From: Candidatus Woesearchaeota archaeon
Lineage (GTDB): Archaea > Nanobdellota > Nanobdellia > Nanobdellales > CAZNIQ01
Reading direction: 5' to 3'
Assembly (NCBI GenBank): GCA_964573185.1
Contig: CAZNIQ010000002.1
Coordinates: 1 to 12,830 of the forward strand
DNA: 12,830 bases
The translations under genes were made by a program, and so were the position numbers. The notes beneath the pieces are model-generated. The model saw nothing but the letters and a program-made list of their open reading frames with translations. It was not told the origin of the DNA and ran no database searches. Position 1 is the first letter of the stretch. Each line of letters opens with the position of its first letter. Of this stretch, positions 6,918 to 12,830 are shown in pieces.

Positions 6918-7945
6918 AGGTACTTGAATTAGATAAGGATTATGCAAAAATAAAAATTACAGATTTCGAGGATTTATGGATACTTTATACTATCCTAGAT
7001 AAAAATACTTGCGTTGCTGGGCAGACTTATAGAGTTATAAAAGGTGAGGGGAAAAAAGAAAAAGTAAAAGTTTGGTTAAAAATAAAAGTAGAGGAAGCTA
7101 AGTTTGATGAATTGACTAAAAGCTTAAAAATAAGGGGAAAAATAATAGAAGGGCCAGAGGATATTCCCAAGGGCTATCATACTTTTGATATAAATGTTGG
7201 AAGTATTATTGAGATTTATAAGGAGTTTGATAAAGAAGAGATAAATGAACTATTAAAATCTGAGAAAGAAAAAGATAAAATTTTATTAATATCATTTGAT
7301 AATTATGAATGCGCGATAGCATTGATATCTAACTTTGATTATCAGCTATTAGATTATTTTGAATCTGAAATTTCTAAAGAAAATTATGAAAATGAGAAAT
7401 TACAATATTATTCAAAAATATATCAAAAAATAAAAGAGTATAGCGAAAAATACAATGTTAAATTGATAATTTTAGCTTCACCTATATTTTGGAAAAATGA
7501 TTTGCTAGAATACATAAAAAAGAAAGATCCAGAATTGATAAAGAAAATAAGGTTAATGGATATCTCCTATGGGGGAGAACATGGGATTAGAGAAGCTTTA
7601 AGGAGAAAAGAATTCTTGAGAATAATAGAAGAATTTGAGGTTTCAAAAATAAATGATATTTTTCAAGAATTTTTATATAGATTGTCCAAAGGAGAAAGAA
7701 TCGCGTATGGATATGAAAATGTTAAAATAGCTATAGATTCAAATGCTGTAGAAAAAATATTAATAACTGAAGATTTTATATATAAAGCTTGGAGAGAAGA
7801 TTTTATTAATGAATTAAAAAATTATATAAAAAAGGCAAGAAGGCAAAAAGCAGAAGTTTTTTTCGTAAGAAAGGGTTTCGAAAATTATGATATGATACAA
7901 AAATTGGGAGGGATAATAGCTTTATTAAGGTTCGACATATTTTAG
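6914..7945 (+). CDS. pelA: Pelota (Dom34 homolog), ribosome rescue / no-go decay factor
   Basis: The protein is 343 aa. The N-terminus has FEDLWILYTIL and a following TYRV segment, and the C-terminal eRF1-like domain ends GGIIALLRF. The ATGA start overlaps the stop of the upstream gene. Confidence 0.85.
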   Translation: MKVLELDKDYAKIKITDFEDLWILYTILDKNTCVAGQTYRVIKGEGKKEKVKVWLKIKVEEAKFDELTKSLKIRGKIIEGPEDIPKGYHTFDINVGSIIEIYKEFDKEEINELLKSEKEKDKILLISFDNYECAIALISNFDYQLLDYFESEISKENYENEKLQYYSKIYQKIKEYSEKYNVKLIILASPIFWKNDLLEYIKKKDPELIKKIRLMDISYGGEHGIREALRRKEFLRIIEEFEVSKINDIFQEFLYRLSKGERIAYGYENVKIAIDSNAVEKILITEDFIYKAWREDFINELKNYIKKARRQKAEVFFVRKGFENYDMIQKLGGIIALLRFDIF

Positions 7946-7948
7946 TAT

Positions 7949-8815
7949 ATGCGAATCTGGGCTTTCTTCATAATACTAGCATTTGTTTTCTTAGCAATGG
8001 TTTTAGTGATACCGTTAAAATATAAAGAACAGTTAATAGGAGAGAAGCTGATACAAACTAATAATACGACTACAAAAGAACTAGTTTTTTACAAATACTC
8101 TACTGAAAATATTCTTTTAACAAAGGAATATTACAAAGTTACTTTATTAGAAAACTATACTGTTAAATTTAAGAAAGTTCTAACTGAAAGAAAAATAATA
8201 GAATTATATGCCGATATTTTTGATTCTTCTAAAAGATGCTTTGAAACGAATTGCGAATATAAAGTTCTGGAGGGTACTGTTGTTAAGGAGGATAACAAAA
8301 TCTGTGTTCCAATTCCAAAAAATCCTTTCCAAAGAAATTATGCTAAAGTTGAAATTCTATGCTATTCTTACGAAAAACCTGCTTTAAAATTTTATTTAGA
8401 TCTTGGAGGCTACATAACATTGAATATACAATCAGACATCAACTCTTGTTATTTAAAAATTGGAAATCAAATGTATTATTTATCTCCTTGTTCTAAAGAG
8501 CTTAATACATTTTTAGAAAAAGCCGAGATAGAGTTAATACCTGAAAGTGAAGGTACTATAAAAGAACTATCGATCAAAACAAAATTAATAGGAGGCAAAT
8601 ATTACAGATTTTTTAGTGTAGATGAGGGAAAATATAGAATTATTATAGCAGTTCAGACAGGGAAAATAAAAGTTCTGTTAGATAATGTGTTTTTAGGAGA
8701 AACAGATGGTGTTCTTTCAAAGGAAGTAATGCTAAGTTCAGGTACTCACGTTATAGAGATCATTCCTGAAAGTGAAATGGTATTTATAAGGAAAATCGTC
8801 ATTGAAAAAATATGA
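7949..8815 (+). CDS. Hypothetical N-terminally membrane-anchored, Cys-containing extracellular protein (288 aa)
   Basis: The protein starts MRIWAFFIILAFVFLAMVLVIPL, a single N-terminal hydrophobic helix. The body is beta-rich, with 7 Cys and N-x-T sequons. The gap to Pelota is 3 nt and the stop overlaps the next ATG. I recognise no family. Confidence 0.6.
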   Translation: MRIWAFFIILAFVFLAMVLVIPLKYKEQLIGEKLIQTNNTTTKELVFYKYSTENILLTKEYYKVTLLENYTVKFKKVLTERKIIELYADIFDSSKRCFETNCEYKVLEGTVVKEDNKICVPIPKNPFQRNYAKVEILCYSYEKPALKFYLDLGGYITLNIQSDINSCYLKIGNQMYYLSPCSKELNTFLEKAEIELIPESEGTIKELSIKTKLIGGKYYRFFSVDEGKYRIIIAVQTGKIKVLLDNVFLGETDGVLSKEVMLSSGTHVIEIIPESEMVFIRKIVIEKI

Positions 8816-10086
8816 GAGGCTTAATAGGGATAATTTTTACTTTAATATTACTAGTAGCTCTTGTGGCTGGTGCTTTTATAATATTACCAAAAATTGCTAG
8901 TTGGGTCAGCGGTACTACCGAAAAACATTTGATATATAATCCCAGAACAGCCGAAAGGATTGGAAAAATTCTTTCAACGTTTCAAAAAGCCTTTGAACCT
9001 GCTATAAAAGCTTGGGAGTGTTTAAATGATCCCGAGAAATGTTATGAATCTCCTTTTGAGAACGTAAGATCCGTAGAATATGAAGAGGTAATTAAAAGAA
9101 ATTACGGTATTCATTTGGAGTATCTAAAAACGCAACCTGTTGTAATGTATTGTAATAATAAAACTGTAATTTACAACGGAACTTTGCATGACCCTGGATG
9201 CTCCGCAACACCTCTAATTCTCCAAATCCCATTAAAAATAAGTGTTCCTGAGACTACTGAAATAAAAATAAAAATTACAGGTAATACTTATTGTCCCATA
9301 TTTAAAGTATATCAAAACGATATTAAATGTTCTGAAGAAAAATTAACTGTTCATAGTTTTTGGAGTGGTGTTATAACGTGTACCATTCCTTTTAACAAGG
9401 ATTTCTGGAAAAGCTGTAAGAGCCATTGCTATTGGGATACCGAAGAGTGTCCTGAAAACGAGAAATGTGATTGTGACTTAAAATATGCTGAATTAAAATT
9501 ATATTATGAAGAACCTGAAATAAAGGTAAGAGTTTATTACAATGCTAGCACGAAAGCAGATTATTGGTTAATCATTACAAAAGAACCGATTTTACCAGAA
9601 GATTTCTTTAAGTATTATCAATTACCAATGTCAAAATACGCTGTATCAAGATATACTGGGCTGAACGGTCTAGTCCCAGCAATATCCACATTAACGGATT
9701 TACCAGTATTTCCACAAGGATATCCTTTCTACGTGTTCATAGTTCTAAGGAAGAATGATAAAATTGATAAAATAGGGAACTTGGTTATAACTTTCGAGAA
9801 TGTTAAATGTGAAGCTATAGAAGATATATCGTTACCTAAAGATTTGGGAGTAAAATACGCTAAAATAAAAGTTTCAGACGGATGTCAAATAAAAATTTCA
9901 GGAGATTTTACAAAAATTGTAAACATTTTAAACGATAAAGAAGAATTTGTATTTGGTATAAAATTAAATCCCAAAGTAGAGAATGCGGATTATAAAGAAA
10001 TACATATAATTACTATAGTAGATTACGTAGCTTATAAAGAGCAGAAGGTGACAGGAAAAGTAAACGTTATATTTACGAAAACATAA
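8812..10086 (+). CDS. Hypothetical Cys-rich exported protein with a class III (type IV pilin-like) signal peptide (424 aa)
   Basis: The N-terminus MRG/LIGIIFTLILLVALVAGAFIIL fits the archaeal prepilin pattern [KR]-G-[hydrophobic] followed by a helix of about 20 aa. The protein has about 16 Cys, including the cluster CKSHCYWDTEECPENEKCDC. I recognise no family. Confidence 0.6.
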   Translation: MRGLIGIIFTLILLVALVAGAFIILPKIASWVSGTTEKHLIYNPRTAERIGKILSTFQKAFEPAIKAWECLNDPEKCYESPFENVRSVEYEEVIKRNYGIHLEYLKTQPVVMYCNNKTVIYNGTLHDPGCSATPLILQIPLKISVPETTEIKIKITGNTYCPIFKVYQNDIKCSEEKLTVHSFWSGVITCTIPFNKDFWKSCKSHCYWDTEECPENEKCDCDLKYAELKLYYEEPEIKVRVYYNASTKADYWLIITKEPILPEDFFKYYQLPMSKYAVSRYTGLNGLVPAISTLTDLPVFPQGYPFYVFIVLRKNDKIDKIGNLVITFENVKCEAIEDISLPKDLGVKYAKIKVSDGCQIKISGDFTKIVNILNDKEEFVFGIKLNPKVENADYKEIHIITIVDYVAYKEQKVTGKVNVIFTKT

Positions 10087-10096
10087 ATAAAGAACT

Positions 10097-11002
10097 ATGA
10101 GAAAATATCTTCCTTTGTTGCTAACAGCAATATTATTTACCTTGGGATGCCCTCAAATGCAAAAAGCAAGCGCTCAAAATGTTCAACCACAAGCACAATG
10201 TAGCTTGGCACCAGGGCAAGGAGTAATAGTTCAACCTTTAGGAGGAGTTCCAACGGAGTTCTATAGTGGAAATGTATATCCTTTAGTATTTTCTATCATT
10301 AACGATGGAGGTGCAGATGCTGTAATAAAAAAAGTCTGTATAAGCGGTATTTCACCCGATTATATTTCTGAAATAAGAATAGGTTCTACTTCTGGTTCGG
10401 GTCCTTGTATAGAAACTAACATTCCTTTATCTGGTAAAAAAGTTATAGCAGGAAATATAATACCTGGCAATCAAACAGAACTAGAATTAACCTTAGACTT
10501 CAAAGATTTAACATCCGATTATACTGCTACAGGTGTTGTAGATGTTGTATATCAATATTCTACTGATGCTTTTATAGAGTTCTGTGCTGCAAGTCCTATA
10601 AGCAAGCAACCCGCATGTACTCCTGGAGAAGTAAGATCTATATGCGTTTCAGGAGGTCCCATTCAAATACAGGATGTAAAAGTTAACTGCTTACCTAGCG
10701 GAAAAGTTTATGTAACAATCAAGCTTATAGCAAATAATATATACACTGAAGGAACCGTTCCGAAAATACAATATGAAGTTTCGACAGAAGGTTTTGGGGA
10801 TGTTACTCCAGAATGTACTCCTCGTAATGAAATCACTGTTGGAAGCGATGGAACTGCTACTATAATGTGTACAATAGACTTATCAAAATATCAGGATTCT
10901 TACAAAAAAGGTTTCATTGGAAAATTAAAGTTGCACTTTATATATGATGCAGAAAGCACATATACGTTTCCTGTGAAGGTAATCTATGTCCCGCAATCTT
11001 AA
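10097..11002 (+). CDS. Hypothetical exported protein with a lipobox-like signal (LFTLGC); tandem beta-sandwich-like; paralog of the next gene (301 aa)
   Basis: The signal is MRKYLPLLLTAILFTLGC. VFSIINDGGADAVIKKVCISG resembles the first strands of CARDB-type/Ig-like adhesion domains. The protein has 10 Cys and is G/S/T/P/Q/V-rich. Its DNA is visibly more GC-rich than the neighbouring genes. Confidence 0.65.
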   Translation: MRKYLPLLLTAILFTLGCPQMQKASAQNVQPQAQCSLAPGQGVIVQPLGGVPTEFYSGNVYPLVFSIINDGGADAVIKKVCISGISPDYISEIRIGSTSGSGPCIETNIPLSGKKVIAGNIIPGNQTELELTLDFKDLTSDYTATGVVDVVYQYSTDAFIEFCAASPISKQPACTPGEVRSICVSGGPIQIQDVKVNCLPSGKVYVTIKLIANNIYTEGTVPKIQYEVSTEGFGDVTPECTPRNEITVGSDGTATIMCTIDLSKYQDSYKKGFIGKLKLHFIYDAESTYTFPVKVIYVPQS

Positions 11003-11843
11003 ATTCTTAATTTTTCTATTTATCTCTTTGACTTTAACGTTAGGATGTGTTATTTCTACTGAAAGTAAAAAAGAAAAATCATTGAGCATACACCAAATTG
11101 GATTAAAAATAGATGTTTTAAACTACAAACCTGTAATAGTTATCCCTACAAATGAAATGGGGATTAATTTAAAGTTAAAAGTGAGAAGTGAAGGGGTAGA
11201 ACCTTCTAAAGTTATAATCTGTATAGCAGGAACTCCTTATGGTTTTACTGGAAAGAGATGTGTTGAAAAAATAATATTACCGAAATATGACTATTTCTTT
11301 ACGATACCGCAAGATGGACAAATAATTTTAAGAAGACCTGTTAGTAAAACTGAAGCAGATATAAGGTTAAAAGCCTGTTATAACTTTACAACTCTTGTTA
11401 ATTTTGAATTGTGCATAGGAAAAGATTGTACTTCTTATGTAAAGTATAATTATAATAAAACGAAAGTATTTCCAATAGATGTAACAAGTATTTCTCTAGG
11501 AGCGATCTCTGAAGAAGGAAATTATGATATATATTATATTACTGTATCTTTAAAGAAAAATGTTAAGGGTTTCTTGATAAAGGATTTAGAGAAATGTGCT
11601 AGGGAGATGTATTATCCAAAAGAAGGAAAAGTTCGTATAGAAGTTCTAACAAGAACTAAAAAGATTATTACGCATTGTGAGGACGTATCCCTATTAACTG
11701 AAGGAGAAACAAGCTGCATAATTAAAGTTCCCAAAGAATATGAAGACGTTCACTTTTGGATACCAATGCAAATAAAACTAAGTTACAATCTTTTAGAAAT
11801 CTTAAAAGTTCCTGTAACGATTGTACCTTTAAAATCAGAGTAA
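10986..11843 (+). CDS. Hypothetical exported protein with a lipobox-like signal (LTLTLGC); diverged paralog of the previous gene (285 aa)
   Basis: The signal is MSRNLKFLIFLFISLTLTLGC. Several motifs line up in order with the upstream protein: KVIICIAG vs KKVCISG, ACYNFTTLVNFELC vs YQYSTDAFIEFC, FPIDVTSISL vs GPIQIQDVKV, and VPVTIVP vs FPVKVIY. It overlaps the upstream gene by 17 nt. Confidence 0.65.
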   Translation: MSRNLKFLIFLFISLTLTLGCVISTESKKEKSLSIHQIGLKIDVLNYKPVIVIPTNEMGINLKLKVRSEGVEPSKVIICIAGTPYGFTGKRCVEKIILPKYDYFFTIPQDGQIILRRPVSKTEADIRLKACYNFTTLVNFELCIGKDCTSYVKYNYNKTKVFPIDVTSISLGAISEEGNYDIYYITVSLKKNVKGFLIKDLEKCAREMYYPKEGKVRIEVLTRTKKIITHCEDVSLLTEGETSCIIKVPKEYEDVHFWIPMQIKLSYNLLEILKVPVTIVPLKSE

Positions 11844-11941
11844 TCCAGGGTCTTCACTGATCATGGGGGAGCGGCTCATCATTGTAGCCCCGCCGGAGGA
11901 TCGGTGGTCATAGGTCCCACCGACCACGGCAGCGGGGCTAG
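11831..11941 (-). ncRNA. Composite guide sRNA: H/ACA-type hairpin directly followed by a C/D box unit
   Basis: On the minus strand the lower stem is AGCCCCGC (11939-11932) with GCGGGGCU (11893-11886). The pocket strands are UGCCGUGG (11931-11924) and UCCUCCG (11900-11894). The upper stem is UCGGUGG (11923-11917) with CCACCGA (11907-11901), closed by the loop GACCUAUGA. ACA follows at 11885-11883. Directly after it come C box AUGAUGA (11882-11876), spacer GCCGCUCCCCC (11 nt), D' AUGA (11864-11861), linker UCA, C' GUGAAGA (11857-11851), spacer CCCUGGAUUACU (12 nt), D box CUGA (11838-11835) and UUUU (11834-11831). G+C is 53/80 by hand count at 11861-11940. Confidence 0.7.
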
Positions 11942-11960
11942 AAATTATTTTTCTTCTAGA

Positions 11961-11970
11961 TTTAAATTTT
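11961..11970 (-). promoter_or_regulatory. TATA-like box (minus strand AAAATTTAAA) upstream of the composite sRNA
   Basis: TTTAAA falls at about -26 to -21 relative to the first nucleotide of the lower stem (11940). It overlaps the stop codon of the upstream minus-strand ORF. Confidence 0.3.
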
Positions 11971-12429
11971 ATGCTCTAACCAATATAATTTATTAGAATG
12001 TGCCAATAACGCTTTTGCTTTTTCTTTAGAATGCACTTCTATCTCACATTTATCGAAAAAGGATTTTAGAGCTTCCTTATCTTCTTCTTTAAATTCAAAG
12101 TTCGTTACAAAATAAAAAACATCATTTTCTGTGATGACTTTAATATATCTTTGTGGTTCGAACTCTAAAATAGAAAATAATTGCAGATCATAATCTGTTT
12201 TAATTAAAGCGTGTATAACTTTCCTATCTTCTGTTAAAGTATGATAAACGAATCCCACATAATAAGGGAGCTTTGAAAATTTGTTTCCAAAAATCAGTTT
12301 GTAATAATACATTTCATAATCATATAGGGATATAGTATTTTTATTTCTCTCAGAAATTATTATTGCAAAAACTTTATTTGGAAAATCCGGGTGCTGCTTT
12401 ATTCTTCTGATTTCTTCTGCTCCTTCCAT
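11962..12429 (-). CDS. Hypothetical protein (155 aa)
   Basis: This is a long ORF on the same strand as S6e, directly downstream of it. I recognise no motifs. The annotated ATG overlaps the S6e 3' end by 31 nt, so the true start is uncertain. Confidence 0.5.
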   Translation of the reverse strand: MEGAEEIRRIKQHPDFPNKVFAIIISERNKNTISLYDYEMYYYKLIFGNKFSKLPYYVGFVYHTLTEDRKVIHALIKTDYDLQLFSILEFEPQRYIKVITENDVFYFVTNFEFKEEDKEALKSFFDKCEIEVHSKEKAKALLAHSNKLYWLEHKI

Positions 12430-12800
12430 TTTTTGTAATACTCTTCAAAGGGAGTAGGTCCATATTCTACAACTTTTGTGTTAATTTGTACTATCTCTTC
12501 TGAAATAGTATTTCCCCTAACTAATTTTTTAACTCTCGTTCTTTTATCCTCCCACCACCAAATATATTTTTTTCCAGTTCCTTCTATTCCCTTAACCATT
12601 GGAAATCCTGCAAAATCCGAACCCCCTGTAATTTCTAATTTATATCCGGGCATACCTACCCATTCTCCAGGTATGATATCCCCTATTTTCTTTCCTAGAA
12701 ATCTTTTAGCGTCATCTCCTTTTACCTCTACTTGAAAAGCTAATCCTGTTTTAGGATCAGAAATTACTACTTTGAACGCTACTTCTGTAATCTTAGGCAT
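12399..12800 (-). CDS. rps6e: 30S ribosomal protein S6e
   Basis: ISDPKTG...FLGKKIGDII.G...G.PGYKLEITGGSDFAGFPM is the S6e signature. The size is 133 aa. TTTAAAA lies at -27 to -21 of the ATG. Confidence 0.9.
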   Translation of the reverse strand: MPKITEVAFKVVISDPKTGLAFQVEVKGDDAKRFLGKKIGDIIPGEWVGMPGYKLEITGGSDFAGFPMVKGIEGTGKKYIWWWEDKRTRVKKLVRGNTISEEIVQINTKVVEYGPTPFEEYYKKWKEQKKSEE

Positions 12801-12830
12801 AAGTCTTTTATTTGATAAAATTTTAAAATA

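Noticed and set aside
6914-7945. Pelota as a functional member of the peptidase/exported-protein block
   Set aside because: Pelota is a conserved cytoplasmic ribosome-rescue factor. Its position between the peptidase and the exported proteins is more simply explained by extreme genome compaction and operon scrambling than by shared function. It is retained only as evidence for co-transcription.
11845-11941. GC-rich island as a tRNA or a split-tRNA half, which are known in Nanoarchaeota
   Set aside because: The 9-bp terminal inverted repeat encloses only 56 nt, which is too short for a tRNA. No D-arm or T-loop (GTTCRAAT-like) consensus is present; the inner hairpin loop is TCATAGGTC. The minus-strand reading explains every segment as H/ACA and C/D boxes with correct spacings.
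1-12830. CRISPR arrays, IS elements, integrases, toxin-antitoxin pairs or other mobile or defence signatures
   Set aside because: Reading both strands, I saw no regularly spaced direct repeats, terminal inverted repeats, transposase- or integrase-like ORFs, or small paired ORFs. Apart from the two sRNAs, all intergenic space is accounted for by short promoter-sized gaps.

Overview
This is an AT-rich, very gene-dense archaeal window. No homology search was run; calls rest on motifs I recognise in the ORF translations and on reading the DNA by hand. Most genes are informational housekeeping genes: EF-1beta with its Zn-ribbon partner, RpoK, exosome Rrp42, FAU-1, an Sm protein, S8e, S6e and Pelota. 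They are packed with 0-10 nt gaps or overlapping stop/start codons, and the usual archaeal operon order is scrambled. The window opens with a stand-alone topoisomerase module of reverse gyrase that starts 6 nt after the EF-1beta stop, so the enzyme is split. This split, the AT-richness with GC-rich RNA islands, and the leaderless-type TTTAAA boxes all point to a Nanoarchaeota (Nanoarchaeum equitans-like) genome; that assignment is inference. Two things stand out. (1) Two GC-rich islands missed by the ORF track are guide RNAs on the minus strand. One is a textbook C/D box sRNA at about 6097-6160. The other, at about 11831-11941, is a composite in which an H/ACA-type hairpin ending in ACA abuts a complete C/D box unit. 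(2) A co-directional plus-strand block (6189-11843) starts with an A24 prepilin-peptidase-like membrane protein. After Pelota it encodes four cysteine-rich exported or membrane-anchored proteins from no family I recognise. One has a class III (type IV pilin-like) signal, and two are diverged paralogs with a shared TLGC lipobox-like signal. This block is a candidate undescribed cell-surface or attachment module. A membrane-anchored DsbA/GILT-like thioredoxin-fold protein with a monothiol CPFG site lies nearby. I saw no CRISPR array, transposase, integrase, tRNA gene or rRNA gene.
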